DNA of 64,000 nt from Gemmatimonadota bacterium (lineage in GTDB: Bacteria > Gemmatimonadota > Gemmatimonadetes > Gemmatimonadales > Gemmatimonadaceae). Positions 26,790-36,206 of the stretch are shown here, one piece after another. A model generated the notes under the pieces. That model ran no database searches. It saw only the letters and a program-made list of their open reading frames with translations, and had not been told where the DNA came from. Where the stretch lies: the NCBI GenBank assembly GCA_028287285.1, contig JAQBPY010000254.1:1507-65506 (forward strand), written 5' to 3'. Both the position numbers and the translations under genes were made by a program. Position 1 is the stretch's first letter; each line of letters begins with the position of its first letter.

Positions 26790-27125
26790 ATGCCGTTCAC
26801 CTGGCAGATCAGCATCAACAGGAGCAGGAATGCCGCTGGCTACGTGTACGCACCTGCCGTCCTCGACCCCGTTGCGATTGGCGACGAGATCATCTTCATC
26901 AACAACGACAGCACGCCGCACTGGCCTGGACTTGTCGATGCCACCGGAATGGCGCCCAGCTCGGCGACTTACTTCATGCGGTATCAGATCCCACCGCACA
27001 CGTCGTCCACGCCGTGGGTGCCTGGCGTAAACGGCACGGTGAGCTTTGCCGACTCGCTCGACACGAAGCCCTCGCCGCCCGCAGGCACCATTGTCGTGGC
27101 GGGCATCACGACGGTGCCTGAATGA
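26790..27125 (+). CDS. Small cupredoxin-like protein lacking Cys (hypothetical)
   Basis: 111 aa. Codons are predominantly G/C-ending on inspection (not counted). VAIGDEIIFINNDSTPHWP resembles the cupredoxin GD-x-v-x-f-x-N-x-D-x-x-x-H strand, but the protein has no Cys. ATGA overlap with the multicopper oxidase gene. Confidence 0.45.
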   Translation: MPFTWQISINRSRNAAGYVYAPAVLDPVAIGDEIIFINNDSTPHWPGLVDATGMAPSSATYFMRYQIPPHTSSTPWVPGVNGTVSFADSLDTKPSPPAGTIVVAGITTVPE

Positions 27126-29341
27126 AGACGAACATGATCGCAGGCGCATTGGCGGTGGTCTGCGCCGTCACAGCGCAGGGGCAAGTCGTGGCGTGCCCCG
27201 CGCAGCAGGACAGCCTCATCAACATGCCGGTCATCAACAGCAGCAGTGTCGATCACACCTTGCGTGCGACGCTCAAGCTCGTGGACGGTGTTCGCACAAT
27301 GTGGGGTCCGTCCGGTGATCCCCGATGCGCAAAGCAGGTGATACGGCTGCTGCAGGGCTTTGATCCTGCGCACATGAAACCTTGGCCGTCGAGCGGCGAG
27401 CCGATTCCCGGTCCCACATTTCGCGCGAGGCTCGGCGATCTGGTGGAGGTGTCATTCTTCAACCAGATCGACCTGAAGAACTTTGGCGCGTCGCTCGACA
27501 AGGGCGACATGGGCACCATGTCGTCGTGCGACCAGTTCACCGCGTCCACGTCGGCGACCACGAGCAAGGATGGTCCCGCCCAGAATGACGGAATGCCCAA
27601 CTGCATTCATGGCTCGAGCACGACGAACGTTCACTGGCACGGTACGCATACCACGCCAAGTACCACGGGCGACAACGTGTTGCTCTTCATCAGGCCGGCG
27701 TTGCGGACCAACGGCAAGCTGCGGCCGGCCGACGAAACGCGCGCGATGAACGCGTTCTCGAGCATTTACAAAGCGTGTGAAGCACACGGTCCGCCAACAC
27801 GCTGGACGCAGCTGCCAACAGCGTGGCAGACGGCACAGCGCGCGCTCGTCAAGGAATACGACAGCTCGGCGGTGTATGAAGGAAAGGCGGGCACCATGCC
27901 GGACAGGTTCCGATTGTGGCCGTTCGATTCTCTGGAGATTGCCGCTGGCGGCTGGCCGCAGTATCAGATTGGCGCGAACCCATATTGTTTCCCGCTGCCG
28001 AAGTACGATTCCACGACCATGCGCATGGGCCAGGCACCCGGTACGCACTGGTACCACGCGCACAAGCATGGGTCCACCGCACTCAACGTCGCCAATGGAT
28101 TGACCGGCGTCTTCATTGTGAGCGGTGATTACGATGACGCGCTTCATGCGTATTACGGCCCGGCTTTCCGGGAGCAGGTGCTCATGATGCAGCAGCTCGC
28201 AACGGTGCCGTTTCCGTCCGTTCCGCTTCCGTCCACCGTCGGTATTGCACCAATCTCCATCAACGGCCGGCTCAACCCTGTCGTGGCAATGCGGCCCGGC
28301 GAAATACAGCTGTGGCGCATCGTGAATGGCGCATTTCGCGACGCCGTCGACTTCGCCTACTTCGAGCCGACGTCGCCGACGTCGTGCAGCAGCGCCACGG
28401 CACCGCGCACTAATGTGCAATGGCGCCAAGTTGCGCAGGACGGCGTGCAGTTCAGGGCGGCCACGTACGAGGCGGAGGGCACGGTGAACCACACATTCAA
28501 TCTCGCGCCCGGCAATCGCGCGGATCTTCTCGTCAAGGCTCCCGCGGCCACGGGCCTCTACACGTTATGCGTCGCGCGCAACATTGCAGTGTACGTCCAG
28601 AGCACCGGCGGTCCGCAGCCGCCAAGCGCGCTGCTGACCGTCTCAGTGGGCGGTGCTGACATGAGTCCGGTGCAGGACTTCATTCCGGCTGAGCGTTTTC
28701 CGGTGCAGCCATCGTTCCTTGCCGACATCCATCCGGACTCCATTCGATTCAAGCGCGAGCTGGTGTTTGGCCCGGCATTCAACATGATTGACGGCAAGGT
28801 CTTCGTCGATCACCATTTCGATCAGGCGATGCTGCTCAATACCGCCGAGGAGTGGACGGTGAAGAATACCGCGAGTGACATCGCGCATCCCTTTCACATC
28901 CACATCAATCCGTTCCAGATCTTCGAGCTCTTCGAGCCCAATTCGCCGGCCGCGAAGACCAGGGGCAATCCGTGCTATGTGGACCCCGACAATCCGGCCA
29001 CATTCAAGCCATGCGCGGCCGGGCAGCCGCACGCGCCGTATATCTGGTGGGACGTCTTCGCCATACCCACGGGCCAGCAGATCGATGTAACCGCGCGCTG
29101 TGTACCGGCAGGCGGCGGTGCACCCTTACTGCAGCGCTGTCCCGCTCCGCTACACGATTACATCAAGTGCGTGAGCGGCAAGTGCATGGAGTACATCCCG
29201 GGTTACTTCAAGATGCGAAGTCGCTTTGTGGATTTCACCGGGCAATTCGTGCTGCACTGCCACATTCTCGTGCATGAAGACCGTGGGATGATGCAGCTCA
29301 TCGAAGTGGTGTCGGACAAGTCCGGCTACACACACCACTAA
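27122..29341 (+). CDS. Multicopper oxidase (three-domain laccase/CueO-like, extended)
   Basis: All four copper motifs are present: HWHGTH, HWYHAHKHG, HPFHIHINPF, HCHILVHEDRGMM. Signal peptide MKTNMIAGALAVVCAVTAQG. Confidence 0.85.
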   Translation: MKTNMIAGALAVVCAVTAQGQVVACPAQQDSLINMPVINSSSVDHTLRATLKLVDGVRTMWGPSGDPRCAKQVIRLLQGFDPAHMKPWPSSGEPIPGPTFRARLGDLVEVSFFNQIDLKNFGASLDKGDMGTMSSCDQFTASTSATTSKDGPAQNDGMPNCIHGSSTTNVHWHGTHTTPSTTGDNVLLFIRPALRTNGKLRPADETRAMNAFSSIYKACEAHGPPTRWTQLPTAWQTAQRALVKEYDSSAVYEGKAGTMPDRFRLWPFDSLEIAAGGWPQYQIGANPYCFPLPKYDSTTMRMGQAPGTHWYHAHKHGSTALNVANGLTGVFIVSGDYDDALHAYYGPAFREQVLMMQQLATVPFPSVPLPSTVGIAPISINGRLNPVVAMRPGEIQLWRIVNGAFRDAVDFAYFEPTSPTSCSSATAPRTNVQWRQVAQDGVQFRAATYEAEGTVNHTFNLAPGNRADLLVKAPAATGLYTLCVARNIAVYVQSTGGPQPPSALLTVSVGGADMSPVQDFIPAERFPVQPSFLADIHPDSIRFKRELVFGPAFNMIDGKVFVDHHFDQAMLLNTAEEWTVKNTASDIAHPFHIHINPFQIFELFEPNSPAAKTRGNPCYVDPDNPATFKPCAAGQPHAPYIWWDVFAIPTGQQIDVTARCVPAGGGAPLLQRCPAPLHDYIKCVSGKCMEYIPGYFKMRSRFVDFTGQFVLHCHILVHEDRGMMQLIEVVSDKSGYTHH

Positions 29342-30033
29342 CGTGTCGTCCCGGGCGCAGCGAAGGAGGACCCACGTGCATACGTTGTGCAAACTTTCCT
29401 TACCGGGCACACATGGCAATGCGCTACGCGCGCCGTACACACCAGGGCGCCCAGCTCCATGATCGCCTGGTTGTGCACCCATGTGGCCTTGCCCGTTCGC
29501 GGCAATATCGCCTTCGCGATGGCCCACACCTGCTTTTGCCCTTTGCCTGTCTTGAGATCGGCGTGCGGCGCGAAGACGCGCTTGATCACGCGCCCCACGT
29601 TCGTATCCACCAGCTCGGCGCGACGCTCATAGGCAAATGAGCTGACCGCGCCTGCCGTGTACGCGCCGATCCCCGGCAGCTCGCGAAGATCCTCGGCGTC
29701 GGGCGGCAGGACGCCGTACACATTACGGCCGCTGTCGGTCACGACCTTGGCAAGCGCATGCAGGTTGCGGGCGCGCGCATAATAGCCAAGCCCTGACCAC
29801 GCCTCCGTCACGCGCATGGGTTTGGCCCGCGCAATGTGGTGCAGGGTGGGAAATGTCTCCAGAAACTCCGCGTACTTTGGCACCACGCGCGACACCTGCG
29901 TCTGCTGTAGCATCAGCTCGGAAACGAGAATGCGGTACGGATCACGCGTCTTCCGCCACGGAAGGTCACGCCCATTCTTGCGAAACCATTTGCGCAGCTG
30001 CGTGCCGAAGGTGCGGACTACTGTGGGGTCCAT
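29338..30033 (-). CDS. MutY-type adenine DNA glycosylase catalytic domain (HhH-GPD, 4Fe-4S), no C-terminal NUDIX-like domain
   Basis: RDLPWRKTRDPYRILVSELMLQQTQV, LPGIGAYTAGAV and cluster loop C-x6-C-x2-C-x5-C (CTARVAHCHVCPVRKVC). Only 231 aa. Confidence 0.7.
   Translation of the reverse strand: MDPTVVRTFGTQLRKWFRKNGRDLPWRKTRDPYRILVSELMLQQTQVSRVVPKYAEFLETFPTLHHIARAKPMRVTEAWSGLGYYARARNLHALAKVVTDSGRNVYGVLPPDAEDLRELPGIGAYTAGAVSSFAYERRAELVDTNVGRVIKRVFAPHADLKTGKGQKQVWAIAKAILPRTGKATWVHNQAIMELGALVCTARVAHCHVCPVRKVCTTYARGSSFAAPGTTR
29345..29373. repeat. Single family-B REP-like unit at the MCO / mutY-like convergent junction
   Basis: gtcgtcccgggcgcagcgaaggaggaccc is flanked by acgtg...cacgtg. On the minus strand it encodes the last residues GSSFAAPGTTR of the mutY-like ORF. 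Confidence 0.6.
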
Positions 30034-30689
30034 GTGGGCGTGTTGGTGAACAATCCGTCAACGAAGCCGATGCGGTGCGCGAGAAAGAGCCCGAACAAGA
30101 TGCTCACCACCCCTGACGCGATGCGCAGGGTCCTGTTCAATCCGTGAAAGCGGTGTGTTGCGACGAGTGAGGGTGCTGCGATGGACACGGTGATGAGCAA
30201 CATCCCCGCGATGGTCCCGACGCCGAACACCGCGAGGTACGCCACGGCCCACAGCGGATTGGGAATGAGCGCCACCTGCGGAAGCGTCGCCACGGCGGCC
30301 GAGCCTGCCAGGCCGTGAATGAATCCTACCGTGAGCGGACGAGCAGTGCTGTCGGCGACCTTGCGCTCGCCGCCGGCAAGAGTGAGGAGGCCAAGCACGA
30401 CGAGCATCACCGCGACGGCGAACTCGAGCGACAGTCCCACGCGCGCCGGAATCGCCGAGAGCTGCACCTTGAGGACGATAATCGCGCCGCCCACGAGGAA
30501 AATCGTGGCCGTATGGCCGATGCCCCACAACACGCCCGTGCGCGCCGCGCGGCCCAGCGATTTCTGCTGCGACACGATGGTGGTCACGGCGACCACGTGG
30601 TCCGGGTCGGTCGCGTGGCGCATGCCGAGCAGGAAGCCCAGCACGATGACGGAGAGGAGCGCGGTCAGCACTCTGTCACCCGCGCGCAC
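30018..30689 (-). CDS. NicO/UreH-like metal (Ni/Co-type) transporter family membrane protein
   Basis: Six predicted TMs. GMRHATDPDHVVAV resembles the NiCoT/RcnA HAxDxDH signature. GTG start. 16-nt overlap with the downstream mutY-like start. Confidence 0.5.
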   Translation of the reverse strand: MRAGDRVLTALLSVIVLGFLLGMRHATDPDHVVAVTTIVSQQKSLGRAARTGVLWGIGHTATIFLVGGAIIVLKVQLSAIPARVGLSLEFAVAVMLVVLGLLTLAGGERKVADSTARPLTVGFIHGLAGSAAVATLPQVALIPNPLWAVAYLAVFGVGTIAGMLLITVSIAAPSLVATHRFHGLNRTLRIASGVVSILFGLFLAHRIGFVDGLFTNTPTWTPQ

Positions 30690-30800
30690 GAAGCGCCGCG
30701 AATGTCATCTCGAACGCACCAAGCGCCCGCAATGTCATCCCGCGCGCACCAAGCGCCGCGAATGTCATCCCGCATGAGCGAAGCGAATGTCGGGACATAC
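30681..30800. repeat. Four tandem 30-bp units ending in a complete family-A REP-like hairpin
   Basis: cgcgcgcacgaagcgccgcgaatgtcatct / cgaacgcaccaagcgcccgcaatgtcatcc / cgcgcgcaccaagcgccgcgaatgtcatcc / cgcatgagcgaagcgaatgtcgggacatac. Lies between crcB and the NicO-like start. Confidence 0.8.
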
Positions 30801-30838
30801 CCCCCACCGTAACTCCCCCGCTGCAATGATGCCAGACC

Positions 30839-31261
30839 TCAAACCCCTCGCCCCAATACCATTCGTGTCAGGTACAAACCGGCAAACGTCCCCGCAAATG
30901 CGAGCGCAAAACTCAACGCGACATTGAGCGCCGCAATCCCGAGCGCCCCACTTTCCACCAGCAATACGCTATCCGCACTGAATGCGGAAAAAGTGGTATA
31001 CCCGCCGCAAACGCCCACCACCAGCAGCAGGTAGACAAAGTGCGACTGATGCGTTTCGCGGCCGATGGCCACGAGCAGCACGCCGATCAGAAATGACCCC
31101 GTCACATTGACGACGAGTGTCCCCACGGGCAGTGGCATGTACGGTGGGAATGCCCCGCGCGGCACCACGCCGTTGAACCGCCGCTGGACCAGGGTGCCCA
31201 GGCCGTATCGCGCCAATCCGCCAATGGCACTGCCAATGGCGACGCAGAGAAATCTCAGCAT
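30839..31261 (-). CDS. crcB: Fluoride ion channel CrcB/FluC
   Basis: 140 aa. GSAIGGLARY, GTLVVNVTGSFLIG and CGGYTTFSAFS are typical CrcB motifs. Confidence 0.85.
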   Translation of the reverse strand: MLRFLCVAIGSAIGGLARYGLGTLVQRRFNGVVPRGAFPPYMPLPVGTLVVNVTGSFLIGVLLVAIGRETHQSHFVYLLLVVGVCGGYTTFSAFSADSVLLVESGALGIAALNVALSFALAFAGTFAGLYLTRMVLGRGV

Positions 31262-31308
31262 GCGGAGGCTTTGCGCATTTCAGTGGAACAATCTAATGTC
31301 CCAGCACC

Positions 31309-32280
31309 ATGACCGCTCCCATTTCCTTCGACGACGTCCTCCGTGCGCGCGAGCGCATTGCCCCCTACCTCGCGCCCACGCCGCTGCGCCAGTACCCGTC
31401 GCTCGACGCGGCCGTACCGGGCGTGCACCTGTTCGTGAAGCATGAGAACATGCAGCCCACCGGCTCCTTCAAGGTCCGGAATGGGCTCTCCACGGTTACC
31501 GCCCTCACCATCCAGCAGCGCGCCGCGGGCATCGTGGGTGCGTCGACGGGAAATCACGGACTTGGCCTCGCCTACGCGGGACGTCAGCTCGGCACCTCCG
31601 TCTCGATCTGCGTGCCGCAGGTGAACAATCCGGAAAAGAACGCGGCGATGCGGGCCTGGGGCGCAAACGTCGTCGAAGAAGGCACGGACTACGACGCAGC
31701 CACGCTCGTCGCGAATCGACTCGCCGAAACGGAGGGGCGGACACTCTGCCACTCCACCAACAATGTGCACGTGCTCTCCGGAGCGGGCACGATGACGCTC
31801 GAGATCCTCGAGCAGGTCTCCGACCTCGACGTCCTCCTCATTGCCACGGGCGGGGGTTCCCAGGCACTCGGCGCTGTCACCGTCGCGAAGGAGTTGCAGC
31901 CTTCGCTGAAGGTGATCGGCGTGCAGGCGGCGGGCGCGTCGGCATTCTGCGACAGCTGGCATGCAAAGACGCCCATGACCACGCCTCGCGCGGAGACGTT
32001 TGCCGAAGGTGTGGCCACGCGGTCCACTTATGCGCTCACCTTCGAGCCGCTGGTGGATGGGCTGGCGGATTTCATCACGGTCACCGATGCCGAAATCGCC
32101 GAGGCGGTGCGGATGATCCTGTCGGCGACGCACCACCTGGTGGAAGGATCGGGCGCGATTGGTGTTGCCGGGGCGGTCAAGATGCGCGACCTGCTCCAGG
32201 GGCAGCGGGTTGGCGTGGTGTTCTGCGGCGCGAACATGGACTCCGCCGTGCTGCAGCGCATTCTCAATCGCGAGCTCTGA
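31309..32280 (+). CDS. PLP-dependent serine/threonine dehydratase family enzyme
   Basis: PLP-lysine motif TGSFKVRNG, glycine loop GGGSQALG. 323 aa. Confidence 0.75.
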   Translation: MTAPISFDDVLRARERIAPYLAPTPLRQYPSLDAAVPGVHLFVKHENMQPTGSFKVRNGLSTVTALTIQQRAAGIVGASTGNHGLGLAYAGRQLGTSVSICVPQVNNPEKNAAMRAWGANVVEEGTDYDAATLVANRLAETEGRTLCHSTNNVHVLSGAGTMTLEILEQVSDLDVLLIATGGGSQALGAVTVAKELQPSLKVIGVQAAGASAFCDSWHAKTPMTTPRAETFAEGVATRSTYALTFEPLVDGLADFITVTDAEIAEAVRMILSATHHLVEGSGAIGVAGAVKMRDLLQGQRVGVVFCGANMDSAVLQRILNREL

Positions 32281-32291
32281 CAACAAGCAGG

Positions 32292-33572
32292 TTACGACAC
32301 CTTGCGTGTTTTCCGCTTCAGGAAGTCCATCAGGATGAACTGGCCCAGCGTCATCGTGGTGGTGAAGTAGGCCTTGCCCCTGCTGATCATGCTCATCTGC
32401 TTCACGAACTCCACGAGCGCGCGGTCGCGGGCCAGCATGAACGTGTTGATCATGATCCCCGACTTCCGGCACGACGCCACCTCCTGTAGCGTGCGCTCGA
32501 TGACGGTGACGTCGAGCCCGAAGGAATTCTTGTAGATCTGGCCATCCTCGAGCGTGAGCGCCGAGGGCTTGCCGTCGGTGATCATGATGATCTGGCGCAT
32601 GTCCTTCTTCTGTGCCATCAGGAGCCGGCGCGCCAGCTTCAGCCCTTCAGCCGTATTGGTGTGATACGGGCCAACCTGCGCACTGGCCAACGTGGCCAGT
32701 GGAATTTCCTCGGCCGAATCGTGAAAGAGCACGACCTTGATGGAATCGCCGGGAAACTGTGTGCGGATGAGGTGCGTTAGCGCGAGTGCCACCTTCTTGG
32801 CAGGAGTGAAACGGTCCTCTCCGTAAAGGATCATCGAGTGCGAGCAATCCAGCATCAGCACGGTCGCGCAGCTCGACCGGTACTCCGCCTGCCGCACCAT
32901 GAGATCCGAATAGTCCAGATCCATCGGCACTTCAATCTTGCCCGTGCGGATGAGCGAATTCTTGAGCGTCTCGTTCACGTCGATGTTGAGGACGTCGCCG
33001 AACTCGTAGTTCTTGCTCCAGCCGTCGGCCTCGATGCCCGTGGCCAGATAGGGCGTGTCATGACTGCCAAAGCTCGACTTGCCCAGTGAGCCGAGCAGGC
33101 CGCGCAGGGTCTTGTAGCCAAGGAAGTCGATGCCTTTCCCCGTGAGGTTGAAGTTGACCTCGCGCGCGGCCGCCTGGGCCATCGAGCCCTTGCCCGTGAC
33201 CGGCTGGTATCCCGCGGGCATCTGCGGCGGCGTCTCCAAATTGAGGTAGCCTTCCTTCACCAACCGCTGGACAAGGTCGTCGAGGAGCTTGGCGAGCTTC
33301 TCCTGGGCCTCCTCGTCGCCGTCCCCACGGAGGGCCTCGAGCATCTCGGGGGTGAACTGGCCGCTCTCCATGAGCGCTTCCAGAATTGCCTGCCGCAGCG
33401 CGTCGAGCGAGCGGTCGCCGGGCTCATCGTAGCCCATGCCGTAAAAGGGCTGGCCCTCCCCGCCGGCAAAGCCGGATTGGAGAAGAAAGTCTGCCAGCTT
33501 GTCGAGCAGCGACTGGAGATCGACCGCGTCGGCCATCTCCGGCGAGAACTTGCTGTAGGTGTGGAAACGCAT
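32292..33572 (-). CDS. vWA domain protein (MIDAS DCSHS)
   Basis: 426 aa. [18 protein letters not shown] is a DxSxS MIDAS motif. The N-terminal acidic helical region resembles the vWA partners of ChlI/MoxR-like ATPases. Confidence 0.6.
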   Translation of the reverse strand: MRFHTYSKFSPEMADAVDLQSLLDKLADFLLQSGFAGGEGQPFYGMGYDEPGDRSLDALRQAILEALMESGQFTPEMLEALRGDGDEEAQEKLAKLLDDLVQRLVKEGYLNLETPPQMPAGYQPVTGKGSMAQAAAREVNFNLTGKGIDFLGYKTLRGLLGSLGKSSFGSHDTPYLATGIEADGWSKNYEFGDVLNIDVNETLKNSLIRTGKIEVPMDLDYSDLMVRQAEYRSSCATVLMLDCSHSMILYGEDRFTPAKKVALALTHLIRTQFPGDSIKVVLFHDSAEEIPLATLASAQVGPYHTNTAEGLKLARRLLMAQKKDMRQIIMITDGKPSALTLEDGQIYKNSFGLDVTVIERTLQEVASCRKSGIMINTFMLARDRALVEFVKQMSMISRGKAYFTTTMTLGQFILMDFLKRKTRKVS

Positions 33573-33754
33573 GTCCGGCCTCCTCCCTGAGAGATACTGC
33601 CGGTGGAGGTCCGAAGGTAGTAGCGCGTTCAGTTTTGACGCGGATCGAAATCAGCACGTATCCACAAGCCAACGTCCGCTCTCTGCAATCAGAAACAGTC
33701 CATTTGTGGCGGCGACGTAGTGGGCAGGGACGCAGCGCACCTATATTTGAGGCC

Positions 33755-34981
33755 GTGAACCAACCGACGTCGATCAACCCGTTCCGTGTCATCATCAAGC
33801 ACCGGAACTTCCGCCTGTTTCTCATCGGACAGACGCTGTCCCTGATCGGCACCTGGATGCAGACCATGGCGCTCGGCTGGCTCGCCCTGGTGCTCACCAA
33901 CAGCGCGTTTCTGGTCGGCCTCGTGGCCACGGCCTCCTCCATCCCTATTCTGCTGTTCACCATGCCGGCCGGCGCAATCGTGGACCGGTCCGACAAGCTC
34001 AGACTCGTGCGCATCGCGCAGTGCGCGTTCCTGGCCGATGCATCGCTGCTCTGGTGGCTCACCTACACCAACCGGATGACGATCGCGCCGCTGCTCGCTC
34101 TTGCATTCCTGAGCGGGCTCATCTCGTCGGTGGAAATTCCGGCGCGGCAATCGATGTTCATCGACCTCGTGGGCCGCGAGGACCTGCCCGATGCCATCGC
34201 ACTGAACTCGAGCGGCTTCAACCTTGCGCGCGTGGTCGGTCCGGGGCTGGCCGCCGCGACCATCGCGAAGCTCGGCATCGCGTGGTGTTTCTTTCTCAAC
34301 GCCGCAAGCTTCGTGACGGTGCTCATCGGGCTGTTCATGATCCACCTGCCCAAGTGGGTCCCGCATGTTCACACGACGACACCCTGGCAGGGCGTGCAAC
34401 AGGCATTCCGGTACATGCGCGACACGCCAAAGGTGCGTGCGCTCATGCTGATGGTGACGGTTTACTCGATCCTCGGCGTGCCGGTGCTCGCGCTCATGCC
34501 GGTGGTCGCGCGCGAAATGTTCGGATTGGGCGCGGCGGGATACGGCCTGCTCATGTCGTGCCTCGGCGTTGGCGGACTGGCCGGCGCGCTGGGACTCGCC
34601 GCGGTGGGATATCGATATTCCCGCGCGAAGCTTCTCGTTGGCGCGTCCATGACGTGGCCGGTGCTGCTCATCGCCTTCTCGTTTACGCACTCCGCGCGCG
34701 TCGCTTACGCGCTGCTGTTCTGGATCGGTTGCACCATGATCCTGAATGGAGCGATCGCGAATGGGTTGCTGCAGGGCATCGTGCCGGACGCACTGCGTGG
34801 ACGCATCATGGCAGCGTACGGGCTGGTTGTCGTGGGCTTGTCACAGGTGGTCGGGGCGTTCGTTGGCGGCGTCGTCGCTCACACGGTTGGTGTCGCAATG
34901 TCCATACTCGGCGGCGGGGTACTCATGCTGCTGTACGGCGTATGGGCGTTCTATCGCCGCACGGAGCTGCGAACATTGTAA
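33755..34981 (+). CDS. MFS transporter (EntS/DUF894-like)
   Basis: GTG 33755. FRVIIKHRNFRLFLIGQTLSLIGTWMQ and 12 hydrophobic segments. The track ORF start (33386) overlaps the vWA gene. Confidence 0.75.
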   Translation: MNQPTSINPFRVIIKHRNFRLFLIGQTLSLIGTWMQTMALGWLALVLTNSAFLVGLVATASSIPILLFTMPAGAIVDRSDKLRLVRIAQCAFLADASLLWWLTYTNRMTIAPLLALAFLSGLISSVEIPARQSMFIDLVGREDLPDAIALNSSGFNLARVVGPGLAAATIAKLGIAWCFFLNAASFVTVLIGLFMIHLPKWVPHVHTTTPWQGVQQAFRYMRDTPKVRALMLMVTVYSILGVPVLALMPVVAREMFGLGAAGYGLLMSCLGVGGLAGALGLAAVGYRYSRAKLLVGASMTWPVLLIAFSFTHSARVAYALLFWIGCTMILNGAIANGLLQGIVPDALRGRIMAAYGLVVVGLSQVVGAFVGGVVAHTVGVAMSILGGGVLMLLYGVWAFYRRTELRTL

Positions 34982-35096
34982 GGGCTGGTGAACCGGTGAC
35001 AAAGTGCGGTAGGCGGTGTGGCTCAGCGAATTCCGTGATGTACTTGCGCGCGGCCTCCGGCGCCTCCAGAATCACGAAACCGCCTGCCAGGTTATC

Positions 35097-36188
35097 ATGT
35101 CGCTTGATCGCCGAGAGTTCCTGAGAGCGTCCGCCCTTGCCGTTGCCGGCGTACCACTCCTGAAATCCGGACTGGGCACCGTGCCACAGGAGAAAAAGCT
35201 CGGCTTTGCCCTTGTGGGACTTGGCAGTCTGAGCACGAATCAGATTGCGCCGGCGCTGATGAAAACGAAAAACTGCCGGCTTGCCGGAATCGTGACCGGC
35301 ACGCCCGCCAAGGCCGCGGCGTGGAAGGCGAAATACAACATCCCCGACACGAGCATCTACAACTACGACACCATCGAGTCGATCGCGCGCAATGCCGACG
35401 TCGACGTCGTCTACGTCGTCACACCGAACGCCCTCCACGCGCGTGACGTGATCAAGGCGGCAAAGGCGGGCAAGCATGTGCTCTGTGAAAAGCCGATGGA
35501 GGTGAGCACCGCGCAGTGCGAGGCCATGATCGCCGCCTGCAGGAAGGCCGGCAAGCAGCTCGCCATCGGGTACCGCTGCCAGTTCGACCCGACACACCTC
35601 GAATGCTTTCGGCTGGCGCGCGAGAAAGTCCTTGGCGACGTCCGCCTCATTGATGCCGCGTTCGGATTTCCGGCCGGTGATCCCGGTCAGTGGAGACTCA
35701 ACGCGGCACTGTCGGGCGGCGGTCCGATGATGGACGTCGGCATCTACGCGCTGCAGTCCGCGTGCCTGCTCACGGGTGAATCACCGGTCTCGGTCAGTGC
35801 CACGACGACGAAAACAGATCCGGTGAAATTCAGGAGTGTCGAGGAGACGATGACCTTCGACCTGAAATTTCCCGGCGGCGTGATTGCACACTGCAGCACG
35901 TCGTACAAGGTCCCAGGGCTCAACCGCTTCACCGTCCATGCCGATCGAGGGACATTCGGCATGGAGCCGGCGTACAACTACGGCGGCAATCGTGCGTGGC
36001 GGAGTGACAACGTGCCGTTCACGACGCCGCCGGTAGATCAGTTCGCGATGGAGATGGACGATTTCGCGAATTGCATTATCAACGGCAAACCCACCAGGGT
36101 GCCGGGAGAGCAGGGATTGCGCGACGTGAAGATCATGATGGCGGCATACGAGTCGGCGCGCGTTGGCCGCGTCATTTCGCTCGTGTAG
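35097..36188 (+). CDS. Gfo/Idh/MocA family oxidoreductase with Tat signal
   Basis: MSLDRREFLRASALAVAGVPLL (twin-arginine). Rossmann GFALVGLGSLS, then EKPM motif (HVLCEKPME). Confidence 0.8.
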   Translation: MSLDRREFLRASALAVAGVPLLKSGLGTVPQEKKLGFALVGLGSLSTNQIAPALMKTKNCRLAGIVTGTPAKAAAWKAKYNIPDTSIYNYDTIESIARNADVDVVYVVTPNALHARDVIKAAKAGKHVLCEKPMEVSTAQCEAMIAACRKAGKQLAIGYRCQFDPTHLECFRLAREKVLGDVRLIDAAFGFPAGDPGQWRLNAALSGGGPMMDVGIYALQSACLLTGESPVSVSATTTKTDPVKFRSVEETMTFDLKFPGGVIAHCSTSYKVPGLNRFTVHADRGTFGMEPAYNYGGNRAWRSDNVPFTTPPVDQFAMEMDDFANCIINGKPTRVPGEQGLRDVKIMMAAYESARVGRVISLV

Positions 36189-36206
36189 CGATTGTGCGGG
36201 ATATGG

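Noticed and set aside
30681-30800. CRISPR array interpretation of the 28-30 bp repeats (also 22808..22893)
   Set aside because: The units are directly contiguous with no unique spacers, are only 3-4 copies long, derive from the REP-like family, and no cas genes are present.
31262-31308. Fluoride riboswitch expected upstream of crcB
   Set aside because: Only 47 nt separate crcB from the divergent dehydratase gene, and I could not see the conserved crcB-motif pseudoknot elements in it. An Infernal scan (RF01734) would settle this.
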